Position numbers and translations under genes: made by a program. A model generated the notes under the pieces. It ran no database searches and was not told the origin of the DNA. It worked only from the letters and a program-made list of their open reading frames with translations. Shown here piece after piece: positions 1 through 9,542 of a stretch of 41,907 bases of DNA. This DNA comes from Candidatus Omnitrophica bacterium CG22_combo_CG10-13_8_21_14_all_43_16 (GTDB lineage Bacteria > Omnitrophota > Gorgyraeia > Gorgyraeales > Gorgyraeaceae), in contig PCTH01000028.1 in the NCBI GenBank assembly GCA_002771475.1, positions 1 to 41,907 of the forward strand. The letters run 5' to 3'. Every line of letters begins with the position of its first letter. Within the stretch, counting starts at the first letter, position 1.

Positions 1-708
1 TCCGCTTTTTTCAGCTGCCTCCACGCATACGACTCCCAGGGAAATCCCGCTTATTATTCTGTTTCTTTTGGGAAAATTTCCCCTGTCAGGTATAGTAGCC
101 ATCGGAAATTCGCTGATTACAGCCCCTGATTCAGAAATCTTTTCAGCCAGCCTTATGTTCTCTTCCGGATAAATATTGGCAAGGCCTGAGCCCAGGATAG
201 CTAAGGTCCTCCCTTTTGCCTTTAACGCGCCTTTATGGCTGGCAGAATCAATGCCTCTTGCCAGGCCTGAAACCACTGTTAGACCATGCGAAGCCAGTTC
301 AAACCCCAGCTTTTCAGCTGTCTGCAGCCCATAAAAAGACGCCAGCCGCGAGCCTACTATCGCAATAGCCAGCTTGTCATCCGGCAAAATCCTGCCTTTT
401 ACATATAAAACTACGGGCGGATCATATATGGTCTTGAGGTTCTCAGGATAATCCTTGTCTAAAAAAGTAACGACCTTGACGCCATGCTTTTTTATTAAGC
501 CTATTTCTTTTTTTAAATCAACTTCTTTAATCGCCTGCGGCACCCTGGCGCCTATAACAGGCCCGATTTCTTTTACCCTGCCAATCTCATCAGCGCCTGC
601 TTTAAAAACTTTTTCAAACGACCCGAATTCGCTCAATAGCGCCCTGGTCCTGACGCTCCCGATATCTTCCACCATATTAAGCGCAACTAGTCTCTCAATA
701 TCATTCAT
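1..708 (-). CDS. dprA: DNA-processing protein DprA (3'-truncated by window edge)
   Basis: Not in the ORF track; translated by hand from ATG at 708 (SD AGGGGTG): MNDIERLVALNMVEDIG...DYPENLKTIYDPPVVLYVKG...AIVGSRLAS...VVSGLARGIDSASHKGAL...NFPKRNRIISG...VEAAEKSG. These are typical DprA/Smf motifs and the frame is open to position 1. Confidence 0.95.
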   Translation of the reverse strand, partial: MNDIERLVALNMVEDIGSVRTRALLSEFGSFEKVFKAGADEIGRVKEIGPVIGARVPQAIKEVDLKKEIGLIKKHGVKVVTFLDKDYPENLKTIYDPPVVLYVKGRILPDDKLAIAIVGSRLASFYGLQTAEKLGFELASHGLTVVSGLARGIDSASHKGALKAKGRTLAILGSGLANIYPEENIRLAEKISESGAVISEFPMATIPDRGNFPKRNRIISGISLGVVCVEAAEKSG

Positions 709-815
709 ATGATCACCCCTGCCACATAAGACACATAAGCAGGTAGTTTTCTTTCAAAAATTTTATATTTTTATTCTTTCAGAACACTGGATTGGCAAAA
801 ACTCTAACGGGCCTA

Positions 816-1316
816 TTATGATAAGTTTTTAATTATTGCTTCAGAAACCTGCTCTATATTCAGATTATCAGTATCTATGCTGAAATCGGCTTTATTGTAA
901 TGCGGTTCTCTTTTTTTCAGGAGCTCCTCTATTTGTTTTTTTGGGTCAGGGACATTCAGAAGCGGACGGGTTTTCAGGTTTTTCGTCCTTTTAAGGATAG
1001 TTTCAGGAGATGCCTTGAGGCATATTATAATGCCGCTATTTTTCATATTCCTAAAATTTTCTTCATCTACTACTGCGCCTCCGCCTGCGGACATAATGAC
1101 ATCCTCGCGCTTGGCAGCCTCTTTTACCACCTCTTTTTCGACCTGCCTGAAATACGGTTCCCCTTTTTTATCAAATATATCCTTGATGGACATTTTTTCT
1201 CTTGCCTCTATCATGTCGTCTAATTCTATGAAATCTCTATCAAGCTTTGCAGCGAGTTTTTTCCCCGCAGCGCTTTTTCCAGTGCCCATGAACCCTACTA
1301 AAATTATATTTTTCAT
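816..1316 (-). CDS. aroK: Shikimate kinase
   Basis: Walker A GFMGTGKS, GEPYFR, AGGGAV, RPLL motifs. Confidence 0.96.
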   Translation of the reverse strand: MKNIILVGFMGTGKSAAGKKLAAKLDRDFIELDDMIEAREKMSIKDIFDKKGEPYFRQVEKEVVKEAAKREDVIMSAGGGAVVDEENFRNMKNSGIIICLKASPETILKRTKNLKTRPLLNVPDPKKQIEELLKKREPHYNKADFSIDTDNLNIEQVSEAIIKNLS

Positions 1317-1336
1317 ACCAGCCTCTATTCTGATAA

Positions 1337-1365
1337 ACTATAACAGATAACCGCCCAATAGTCAA
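1337..1365 (-). promoter_or_regulatory. Sigma70-type promoter for aroK
   Basis: - strand TTGACT (1365-1360), 17 nt spacer, TGtTATAGT extended -10 (TATAGT 1342-1337); GAGG upstream of the ATG. Confidence 0.65.
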
Positions 1366-1370
1366 ATCCC

Positions 1371-1399
1371 TTGTATTTGCTGAAACCATATGTTATACT
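1371..1399 (+). promoter_or_regulatory. Sigma70-type promoter for the + strand gene at 1410
   Basis: TTGTAT (1371-1376), 17 nt spacer, TGtTATACT (TATACT 1394-1399). Confidence 0.65.
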
Positions 1400-1409
1400 T
1401 CTCATTTAA

Positions 1410-2000
1410 ATGAAACTATTATCCGGCATAATCATAATATTAGCCCAGTTTATATTTTTAAATCCCGCTTACAGCGTTGATATTAAAGATAAAAGCAGTT
1501 TTCTTCTGGATATAAGGAATAAAGACAACTCTATATACCTGAACCGCCTTTCTGTTTCAAAAAATATCTCCAAATACGATATAAAAACATCTATTTTCGG
1601 GGAATTCCAGTGGCACTTCGGAACCTCTAAATGGGACAAAATAACATCAGGCATAGAGGCTAAGAAATATCTGTTAAAATACTTTTATTGCGGAGAATCC
1701 GTACATTTTATTTCCGGCCAGATGCTCGATTACATGACATTTGACCCTGGCAATATGTCTGTGGAAGCGACTACAAAATTAGGGCTTAACTTCCCTCTGA
1801 CTAAAAAGCTTTCTTTCAAAATCCGGAATGAATATTCGTACAATCTGGAGAAAGGCGCCGCAGGCCTCAATGAAGTGTTTATAGATATCCCTTATGAGTT
1901 CAATGAAAATTTGGATTTTGCTATCGGCTGGCGCCACACTGACAGGATTCACGCATTTGATTCAGACTACGCCACTACTTCTATTATCCTACATTTTTAA
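1410..2000 (+). CDS. Hypothetical exported protein, probable small outer-membrane beta-barrel
   Basis: N-terminal signal peptide (MKLLSGIIIILAQFIFLNPAYS), alternating aromatic/polar beta-strand pattern, C-terminal Phe (DYATTSIILHF), own promoter. Confidence 0.7.
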   Translation: MKLLSGIIIILAQFIFLNPAYSVDIKDKSSFLLDIRNKDNSIYLNRLSVSKNISKYDIKTSIFGEFQWHFGTSKWDKITSGIEAKKYLLKYFYCGESVHFISGQMLDYMTFDPGNMSVEATTKLGLNFPLTKKLSFKIRNEYSYNLEKGAAGLNEVFIDIPYEFNENLDFAIGWRHTDRIHAFDSDYATTSIILHF

Positions 2001-3032
2001 TCCGGCTATATAACCTTTATAATTCCTGCTTATCTCCGCAATGCTGTCCCCGCCGAATTTTTCTAAAAACGCTCTGGCTATTACAAAAGCCGCCACAGCT
2101 TCCCCTACCACTCCTGCTGCGGGCACAACGCAGAAATCAGAGCGCTCCGTGGAAGCCTTTGCTTGTTTTTTTGTATCAATATCTATGGTATTCAGGCTGT
2201 CCATTAATGTGCTTATAGGTTTCATATAACCGCGCAATATTATATCTTCGCCATTAGACATGCCGCCTTCTATGCCTCCGGCATTATTGGTTTTTCTGTA
2301 GATGCCTTTTCCCCTGGAATAAAAAATCTCGTCATGTACCTTTGAGCCTGGTTTTCCGGCGCACTCAATAGCATCGCCTATCTCAACTGCCTTGACAGCC
2401 GGTATAGCCATGATAGCTTCCGCGAAGCCGGCGTCTAAACGCCTGTCACAATGCGCGCAGCTGCCTAAGCCAGGAGGCACTCCTTTAATCGTCACTTCAA
2501 AAATTCCCCCCATTGTATCTTTTGATTTTATAGCTTCGTCTATTTTTTCTTTAATAGCCGTTTCATCTTTAGCCCCGCCTATCATAAGTACGCGGCTTAA
2601 GATATTAATTTTAAATTCGCCTAACAAAATCTTGCATATCGCGCCGATACCCACCCTCACAGCTGTCTCCCTCGCCGAAGCCCTCTCAAGCACGCATCTG
2701 GCGTCATTAAAACCGTATTTAAGAATTCCCGCCATATCAGCATGCCCCGGCCTTGGATTTTTGACAGCCGGCAATTTATCTATGCTGGAATCTTTATTTT
2801 CTATCAGGATAGCTATGGGACTTCCTATTGTTACGCCTCTCATGAGGCCTGAAAGTATTTTAGCCCGGTCGGTCTCTATCTGCATCCTTTGGCCTCGTCC
2901 GTAACCCTCCTGCCTTCTTTTAAGGTCTTTATCTATGTCGCTTGCGTTTATTTTTAATCCAGCAGGCATGCCTTCCAATATGCCCGTCAGCGCCTCTCCA
3001 TGCGATTCCCCTGCAGTCAAAAATCTCAACAT
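1989..3032 (-). CDS. aroC: Chorismate synthase
   Basis: TAGESHG, RRQEGYGRG, PRPGHAD, ERASARETA, NNAGGIEGGMSNG, MKPIST, ERSD motifs. Confidence 0.97.
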   Translation of the reverse strand: MLRFLTAGESHGEALTGILEGMPAGLKINASDIDKDLKRRQEGYGRGQRMQIETDRAKILSGLMRGVTIGSPIAILIENKDSSIDKLPAVKNPRPGHADMAGILKYGFNDARCVLERASARETAVRVGIGAICKILLGEFKINILSRVLMIGGAKDETAIKEKIDEAIKSKDTMGGIFEVTIKGVPPGLGSCAHCDRRLDAGFAEAIMAIPAVKAVEIGDAIECAGKPGSKVHDEIFYSRGKGIYRKTNNAGGIEGGMSNGEDIILRGYMKPISTLMDSLNTIDIDTKKQAKASTERSDFCVVPAAGVVGEAVAAFVIARAFLEKFGGDSIAEISRNYKGYIAGLKM

Positions 3033-3042
3033 CTTGGCCTCC

Positions 3043-3813
3043 TTATGAATTCAACAATAAACTTAAAATTTTATGCCCCCAGATCATAGCCACGAAACCG
3101 GCTAAAGAAATATACGGGCCATAAGGTATTATATCCTCTTTTTTTACAAATTTCACATAAATTCCGATAGGCGCTCCGAAAAAAGGGGCTAAAAAGAAAA
3201 TAAGTACCGCCATTTTCCAGCCTAAAAACGCGCCAAGCATTGCCATGAGCTTCACGTCTCCCCCGCCCATGCTGTCTTTTTTAAATGCGAGCTTGCCCAG
3301 GACACCAGTAAGATATATCAAGCCGCCGCCTGCTATAGCCCCTAATATAGAATTTAAAAGGCCTATTTGCCAGGTAAAAGCGCCCTGCAATCCTGGAAAA
3401 ATTGCGCTCAGGATAATCCCGATAAATATACCGACAAGGCTGATGCTATCCGGTATCAACTGAAATTCCAGGTCTATAAACGCAATGACTATAAGGCCGG
3501 ATACCAACAAACTGTAAATCCAGAATATATCGTTAAATTTAAAATTCGCGAATAAAATCAGAAAACTTGCGGCGGTTATCAGTTCTACAAAAAAATACCG
3601 CGGGGAAAACTTAGCCTTACAATGCCTGCATTTACCCCTAAGCAAAACATAACTGATTAATGGTATATTGTCATACCACTGTATAGGTTTTTTGCATGAA
3701 ACGCATCTCGAACCCGGGAACACCAATGATTCGCTCCTGGGCATCCTGTATATGCACACATTCAGGAAACTTCCGATTATTAAACCAAATATAAAAACCA
3801 GCAAATTTACCAT
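3043..3813 (-). CDS. pilD: Prepilin peptidase / N-methyltransferase (peptidase A24)
   Basis: GSFLNVCIYRMP, two CxxC pairs, YDNIP, FIDLEFQLIPD, MGGGDVKL, IPYGPYI. Confidence 0.95.
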   Translation of the reverse strand: MVNLLVFIFGLIIGSFLNVCIYRMPRSESLVFPGSRCVSCKKPIQWYDNIPLISYVLLRGKCRHCKAKFSPRYFFVELITAASFLILFANFKFNDIFWIYSLLVSGLIVIAFIDLEFQLIPDSISLVGIFIGIILSAIFPGLQGAFTWQIGLLNSILGAIAGGGLIYLTGVLGKLAFKKDSMGGGDVKLMAMLGAFLGWKMAVLIFFLAPFFGAPIGIYVKFVKKEDIIPYGPYISLAGFVAMIWGHKILSLLLNS

Positions 3814-3833
3814 ATTTTATCTTTACCCTTGAT

Positions 3834-3873
3834 ACACTTACGAAGTGTAATAAATATTGCGCTTCGTAAGTGT
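3834..3873. repeat. Intergenic double palindrome (REP-doublet-like), family B copy 1
   Basis: ACACTTACGAAGTGTAATA-AA-TATTGCGCTTCGTAAGTGT: 19-bp arms with 2 mismatches, each arm itself a mini-hairpin; related copy at 16531-16574. Confidence 0.75.
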
Positions 3874-3886
3874 CTATGGTTTAAAG

Positions 3887-4732
3887 TTATTGTTTAATAG
3901 CGGCGTTTAATGCCTTTCTCATGACCTCTACCACTTGTATCGGAATATTATCTCTTCCTGTCCACTTGCTCAGGGACAACACACCCTGATAAAGCAACAT
4001 ACCTAATCCATTTGAATAACTAGCGCCGGCAGCCTTTGCTAAAGATAATAATTTAGTTTCAGCAGGATTATATATAAGATCGTAAACAAATAAATCTTTA
4101 CGGATCATCTTTTTATCAATCAAGCAGGGGTCGCTTTCCTTCAACCCGATTGGCGTAGCGTTAATAAGCGCGTCTTTGGAAAGGATATTTAATTCTTCTA
4201 CGCTATTTGCGATTTTAACCGGCAGATTACTGAATAGTTCTTTCAGCATACTGGCAACGCCTGACGCTTTATCTTTATCTATATCAAAGATGCATATTTC
4301 CTGCGCACCTTTATTCGCCAGCTCATAACTAACTGCCCTGCTAGCACCTCCAGCTCCTAATATCGCGATCTTTTTGCCTCTGGGATCAAAGCCCAATACT
4401 TTTAAGTGCCTTGAAAACCCGTTTATATCAGTATTAAAACCTTTCCATGCTTTGCCCTGTCTGACTAAAGTATTGACTGCTTTTATCTGACGCAAATAAA
4501 AAGATTCTTGATCCAGCTGTATAAAATCCAGCACCTTTTCCTTGTGAGGAATCGTGACGTTTAATCCTTTTATACAAGAGTCTATGTCAGCGAAGAAATC
4601 CCCTAACCCTTCCGGCTTTATCTCAAAAGTTCGGTATTCCGCGTCGATGCCGAGCGCCTTAAAGGCGGCATTGTGCATCGCGGGCGATAAACTATGTTTT
4701 ATAGGCCAGCCGATTACACCGTATATATTCAT
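3887..4732 (-). CDS. aroE: Shikimate dehydrogenase
   Basis: HSLSPAMHN, GLNVTIPHK, AVNT, NTD, GAGGAS, NATPIG, DLIYNP, GMLLYQG. Confidence 0.96.
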   Translation of the reverse strand: MNIYGVIGWPIKHSLSPAMHNAAFKALGIDAEYRTFEIKPEGLGDFFADIDSCIKGLNVTIPHKEKVLDFIQLDQESFYLRQIKAVNTLVRQGKAWKGFNTDINGFSRHLKVLGFDPRGKKIAILGAGGASRAVSYELANKGAQEICIFDIDKDKASGVASMLKELFSNLPVKIANSVEELNILSKDALINATPIGLKESDPCLIDKKMIRKDLFVYDLIYNPAETKLLSLAKAAGASYSNGLGMLLYQGVLSLSKWTGRDNIPIQVVEVMRKALNAAIKQ

Positions 4733-4735
4733 TAT

Positions 4736-6280
4736 TTATAATTTTAATTTTGCGGGGCCGGATTTTGCCTTGCGCGAACGGGTAAAGATCAGTTTATTGA
4801 CCGCGTTCACATACGCCTTTGCGCTGGCTTCTATGATATCAGTAGAAGTGCCCCTGCCTAAGACTTCGTCTTTATCTGATCTTATCCTGACCGTAACCTC
4901 TCCCAGCGCGTCTTTTCCTCCGGTAATTGATTTCAGGGAATAATCCAGGAGCTTGCACTTCAAGCCTGTTATGGCGTCTATGGCTTTATAGCACGCGTCT
5001 ACCGGGCCGTCTCCGGAAGAAGTCTTCTTAAACACCTTCGCGCCTTTTTTAAGTCCTATTGCAGCCTTTGGGATAATTTTATTTCCGCTCGTTATATTTA
5101 AATCTTCAAGGAGAAAGGTTTCAGGGATAGAGACTATACCATCCTCCACTATCGATAAGAGATCCTCGTTAAAGATCTCTTTTTTCTTATCCGCGAGAGA
5201 TTTAAACTTCTCGAACGCCTTTAATAATTCGCTTTCATCCAGCTCAAAACCAAGCTTTTTCAATCTCTCGTTAAACGCATGCCTGCCTGAATGTTTTCCC
5301 AGCACAAGTCTTGTAGCGCCGAACCCTACATCCTGCGGTTTTATGATTTCGTAAGTAGTGCTCTTTTTCAGCATTCCGTCCTGATGAATACCTGATTCGT
5401 GGCTAAAGGCGTTCCTGCCCACTATTGCCTTATTCGGCTGGACAACTATTCCGGTAAGTTTGCTGACCAGGCGGCTTGTTTTATAAATTTCTTTCTTGTT
5501 TATCGAGGTCGTGATGCCGAATATATCTTTGCGAGTATCAATGGCCATGACTATTTCTTCAAGAGACGCATTTCCAGCCCTTTCTCCGATGCCGTTAATA
5601 GTGCATTCCACCTGTTCTGCCCCGTTTTCTACAGCTGAAAGAGAATTGCTTACGCCCAGGCCCAAATCATTGTGGCAATGCACGCTGATAATGGCTTTAT
5701 CTACATTAGGGACCCTTGTTTTTATTTCCTTTATCAGAGAGCCGAACTCCGCAGGCATTGCGTAGCCCACAGTATCCGGGATGTTAACGGTCTTTGCCCC
5801 TGCTCTTATGACAGACTCCACTACCCTGCATAAAAAATCCCTGTCTGAACGCGAGGCGTCTTCAGGGGAAAATTCCACATCATCGCAAAAGTTGCGGGCA
5901 TACCCGACTGCCCAGGTTGCGAGCTTCAGTATCTCTGATTCGGCTTTTTTCAGCTTATACTGCATGTGAATTTTTGATGTAGCCAAAAAAACATGTATCC
6001 TCGGGCACTTCGCAGGCTTCACAGCCTTTGCGCATGCATCGATATCGGATTTTATAGACCTGGCCAAACCACAGACAGTAACGCCTTTTACTGCGCCGGC
6101 CACCTTTTGCACGGCGTTGAAATCGCCTTTTGAGGCAATGGGAAAACCAGCCTCAATCACATCAACGCCCAGCCTGGCGAGCTGCCTGGCTATTTCTATC
6201 TTGGCGTTCACGTCCAGGCTTGCGCCCGGCGACTGCTCGCCGTCTCTCAAAGTTGTGTCAAAAATTATTATTCGTTTCAT
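4736..6280 (-). CDS. leuA: 2-isopropylmalate synthase
   Basis: [46 protein letters not shown]-terminal regulatory domain (GDGPVDA, DIIEASA); follows ilvC. Confidence 0.94.
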   Translation of the reverse strand: MKRIIIFDTTLRDGEQSPGASLDVNAKIEIARQLARLGVDVIEAGFPIASKGDFNAVQKVAGAVKGVTVCGLARSIKSDIDACAKAVKPAKCPRIHVFLATSKIHMQYKLKKAESEILKLATWAVGYARNFCDDVEFSPEDASRSDRDFLCRVVESVIRAGAKTVNIPDTVGYAMPAEFGSLIKEIKTRVPNVDKAIISVHCHNDLGLGVSNSLSAVENGAEQVECTINGIGERAGNASLEEIVMAIDTRKDIFGITTSINKKEIYKTSRLVSKLTGIVVQPNKAIVGRNAFSHESGIHQDGMLKKSTTYEIIKPQDVGFGATRLVLGKHSGRHAFNERLKKLGFELDESELLKAFEKFKSLADKKKEIFNEDLLSIVEDGIVSIPETFLLEDLNITSGNKIIPKAAIGLKKGAKVFKKTSSGDGPVDACYKAIDAITGLKCKLLDYSLKSITGGKDALGEVTVRIRSDKDEVLGRGTSTDIIEASAKAYVNAVNKLIFTRSRKAKSGPAKLKL

Positions 6281-6297
6281 AAGTATTTAACCGCTCC

Positions 6298-6332
6298 AAC
6301 CGCGTAGGAGGCCTTCGGCCACCTACGCGGTT
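6298..6332. repeat. GC-rich intergenic hairpin between ilvC and leuA
   Basis: AACCGCGTAGG-A-GGCC-TTC-GGCC-A-CCTACGCGGTT; no U-tract on the sense (-) strand. Confidence 0.65.
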
Positions 6333-6342
6333 AGTTCTGCGT

Positions 6343-7335
6343 TTATTTTTTCATCCAAGGCATCATTTCTCTCAGCGACTTACCCACTGCCTCGATCTGA
6401 TGCTCATCGCCTTCTTTTAACAGCTTATTAAAATTCGGCCTGCCCGCCTCATTTTCTTTTATCCACTCTCTGGCAAACTTGCCTCTCTGGATTTCATTTA
6501 AAATCTTCTTCATCTCTTTCCTGGTTCTTTGTGTAATAACCCTTTTGCCGCGCGACAGATCGCCGTAACAGGCGGTATTGGAAACTCTTCTTCTCATTCC
6601 GGAAATCCCTGTCTCCTGGATAAGGTCTGTTATAAGCTTTAACTCGTGCAGCACTTCAAAATACGCTATCTCAGGCTGATAACCAGCTTCTATCAGGGTG
6701 TCAAAACCCGCTTTTATCAATTCGCTCGCGCCGCCGCATAAAACAGCCTGCTCACCGAAAAGATCTGTTTCTGTTTCTTCTTTAAAGGTCGTCTCGATCA
6801 CGCCTGCCTTTGCCGCGCCTAATCCTTTGGCGTAAGCTAAAGCGAGTTTCATGGCATTGCCTGTCGCGTCCTGGTATATAGCGACTAAAGAAGGCACGCC
6901 TTTTCCTTCCACATACATTTTTCTAACGAGAGCTCCGGGCCCCTTCGGCGCTACCATAAACACATCCACGTTCTTGGAAGGCTTTATCTGTTTAAAATGA
7001 ATATTGAATCCATGAGAAAAACATAATGCCTTGCCTTTTTTAAGATTCGGCTTTATGGCCTCTTTGTAAACCTTTGCCTGCACATGGTCCTGGGTGAGTA
7101 TCTGTATTATGTCCCCGAGTTTTGCAGCCTCTGTGACCGATACAGGTTTAAATCCGTCCTCTACCGCAAGTTTATAATTTTCTGTCCCTTCTAACTCGCT
7201 CACTACCACATCCACTCCGCTGTCCCTTAAATTCAACGCCTGGCCCCTGCCTTGAATCCCGTATCCTATGATAGCCACCTTTTTACCGTTAAGAACGCTT
7301 AAATCAGCATCCTTGTCATAATAGATCTTTAACAT
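6343..7335 (-). CDS. ilvC: Ketol-acid reductoisomerase
   Basis: [44 protein letters not shown]. Confidence 0.97.
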   Translation of the reverse strand: MLKIYYDKDADLSVLNGKKVAIIGYGIQGRGQALNLRDSGVDVVVSELEGTENYKLAVEDGFKPVSVTEAAKLGDIIQILTQDHVQAKVYKEAIKPNLKKGKALCFSHGFNIHFKQIKPSKNVDVFMVAPKGPGALVRKMYVEGKGVPSLVAIYQDATGNAMKLALAYAKGLGAAKAGVIETTFKEETETDLFGEQAVLCGGASELIKAGFDTLIEAGYQPEIAYFEVLHELKLITDLIQETGISGMRRRVSNTACYGDLSRGKRVITQRTRKEMKKILNEIQRGKFAREWIKENEAGRPNFNKLLKEGDEHQIEAVGKSLREMMPWMKK

Positions 7336-7355
7336 TTGAAGCTCCTTTCCTTTTT

Positions 7356-7832
7356 TTATTCTTTAGATATTGCTATGCGGCCGCTTCTGACCAGTTCCTT
7401 GATCCCGAACTGTTTCAATCCTTCCAGGAGGGCTTTGATCTCATCCTGATCACCCATCATTTCAATGATAGCTGTATCGCTTCCGCGCTGGACCGCCTTT
7501 GCGCCGATTTTGTTCAGCACACTATCCAGCCTGGTTTTATCTTTTGAGGAATAACCTATCTTTGCCAGAATAAGCTCTCTTTCAACATGGCCTTTCTTTG
7601 TAAAATCCGTAACGCTGATAATATCTATGAGCTTATTGAGCTGTTTTTTTATCTGCTCCAGGATTTTCTCGTCTTCGGCTTCCACCACCATTGTCAGATA
7701 GGAAATAGTCGGGTCCAGGGTCTCGGATACTGCCAGGGACGCTATATTATAGCCGCGCGCGCTGAATAACCCGGATATCCTGGCCAGCACGCCGAATTTA
7801 TTTTCAACCAATACCGATATAGTATGTCTCAT
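7356..7832 (-). CDS. ilvN: Acetolactate synthase small (regulatory) subunit
   Basis: ACT domain [43 protein letters not shown]; lies between ilvB and ilvC. Confidence 0.95.
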   Translation of the reverse strand: MRHTISVLVENKFGVLARISGLFSARGYNIASLAVSETLDPTISYLTMVVEAEDEKILEQIKKQLNKLIDIISVTDFTKKGHVERELILAKIGYSSKDKTRLDSVLNKIGAKAVQRGSDTAIIEMMGDQDEIKALLEGLKQFGIKELVRSGRIAISKE

Positions 7833-9505
7833 TATGCAAGCCCCTCTATCATGCGGTTTAACGCCTCTCCCGCGGGAACCATCGGAAACACGTTTTCCTC
7901 TTCCTCCACCTTGAAATCAATCAGCACGACATTGTCTGTAGAGATCGCTTTTTCAATTGCCTTCGGCACATCTTCTCTTTTTGTAACCCGGATCCCGACA
8001 GCCCCGTAACTTTCGGCAAGCTTCACGAAATCAGGATTAGTCATGGTGGTATAGGCGTATCTTTTTTTATAAAATAATTCCTGCCACTGCCTGACCATTC
8101 CCAGATAGCCGTTATTGAGTATCGCAACCTTCACGTTAATCTTGTTCGCGACGCATGTGCCCAGTTCCTGTATATTCATCTGTATGGACCCGTCCCCTGC
8201 TATATCAAAAACTGTTTTATCAGGCAAACCTACTTTTGCGCCCATCGCAGCCGGAAAACCAAATCCCATGGTGCCTAAGCCGCCTGACGAAATAAATGTG
8301 CGCGGATAATCATATTTATACCACTGCGCAGCCCACATTTGATTCTGGCCCACCTCTGTGGTTATAATAGCCTTGCCCTTTGTAGCCTCGTAAATCTGCT
8401 CTACGACATACTGCGGCTTTATTATATCTTTTTTATCATGATACTTAAGGGGGCACTTTTTCTTCCAGCCCTCGATTGTCTTAAGCCATTCTGAAGTATC
8501 TGGAATTTTATCCATATCCTCTATCAACTGCCCTAAAATATTTTTCGCATCCCCTACAATCGGGATATCAACTCTCACGTTTTTACTGATAGATGTCGGG
8601 TCTATATCAATATGTATAACCTTGGCGTAAGGCGCGAATTTATCAAGCCTGCCGGTAACCCTGTCGTCAAACCTGGCGCCCACTGCGAGTATTAAATCCG
8701 CTTCCATGATCGCGTGATTGGCGTAAGCTGTGCCGTGCATGCCAAGCATGCCCAGAGAAAGTTTATGCGTGGCAGGAAAACATCCTATACCCATCAATGT
8801 CCAGGTGATAGGCGCGTTCAGTTTTTCCGTCAATTTCTTCAATTCATGATGAGCGCCTGATGTGATAATCCCCCCGCCGGCGTAGATAAGCGGTTTTTTG
8901 GAAGCGCTTATCAGCCTGGCTGCTTTTTTAATCTGCCCGGGATGACCGAACGACGTCGGCTTATAACTTCTGATATCAACTTCCTCGGGCCATATAAATT
9001 CTGCTTCCTGCTGCTGGATATCAGATGGTATGTCAATTAAAACCGGGCCCGGCCTTCCGCTCGCAGCGATATAAAACGCCTCGCGGATAGTCTTCGCCAG
9101 TTCTTTCACGTCTTTGACCAGATAATTATGTTTTGTTATAGACCTCGTAACCCCCGTAATATCCGCTTCCTGAAACGCATCATTTCCTATCAAAAAACTT
9201 TTGACCTGGCCTGTAATAGCCACCATCGGGATTGAATCCATGTATGCATTAGCAATGCCTGTGGTAAGATTAGTAGCGCCAGGCCCGGAAGTCGCCAGGC
9301 ACACTCCGACCTTTCCTGTTGCCCGGCTATATCCGTCTGCTGCATGCGCTGCTCCCTGCTCATGCCTGGTTAATATAAATTTTATATCAGCGTCATATAA
9401 GACATCAAATATGGGCAGCACCTGGCCTCCAGGATAGCCGAATATTACTTCAACGCCTTCCTTTTTTAACGCTTCTATTAATATTTTTGCGCCGTTCATT
9501 TTCAT
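7832..9505 (-). CDS. ilvB: Acetolactate synthase large subunit
   Basis: FGYPGG, RHEQGAAHAADGY, TSGPGATN, GMLGMHG, RFDDRVTG, ThDP motif GDGSIQMN...NN, GMVRQWQ. Confidence 0.97.
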   Translation of the reverse strand: MKMNGAKILIEALKKEGVEVIFGYPGGQVLPIFDVLYDADIKFILTRHEQGAAHAADGYSRATGKVGVCLATSGPGATNLTTGIANAYMDSIPMVAITGQVKSFLIGNDAFQEADITGVTRSITKHNYLVKDVKELAKTIREAFYIAASGRPGPVLIDIPSDIQQQEAEFIWPEEVDIRSYKPTSFGHPGQIKKAARLISASKKPLIYAGGGIITSGAHHELKKLTEKLNAPITWTLMGIGCFPATHKLSLGMLGMHGTAYANHAIMEADLILAVGARFDDRVTGRLDKFAPYAKVIHIDIDPTSISKNVRVDIPIVGDAKNILGQLIEDMDKIPDTSEWLKTIEGWKKKCPLKYHDKKDIIKPQYVVEQIYEATKGKAIITTEVGQNQMWAAQWYKYDYPRTFISSGGLGTMGFGFPAAMGAKVGLPDKTVFDIAGDGSIQMNIQELGTCVANKINVKVAILNNGYLGMVRQWQELFYKKRYAYTTMTNPDFVKLAESYGAVGIRVTKREDVPKAIEKAISTDNVVLIDFKVEEEENVFPMVPAGEALNRMIEGLA

Positions 9506-9518
9506 ATTTTTACATTAG

Positions 9519-9537
9519 GTCCGCCTGTAAGGCGGAC
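9519..9537. repeat. Short perfect intergenic palindrome between ilvD and ilvB
   Basis: GTCCGCCT-GTA-AGGCGGAC; no U-tract on the sense strand. Confidence 0.55.
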
Positions 9538-9542
9538 AATAG

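Noticed and set aside
723-739. CACATAAG direct repeat upstream of dprA as an operator
   Set aside because: Only two 8-nt units; cannot be distinguished from chance without orthologous promoters
1080-1091. TCCGC-CT-GCGGA palindrome in aroK as a repeat copy
   Set aside because: Encodes the conserved SAGG motif of shikimate kinase and the stem is only 5 bp
6293-6336. Integron attC site (AAC...GTT ends)
   Set aside because: Too short, imperfect RYYYAAC/GTTRRRY boxes, flanked by core genes, and no integrase
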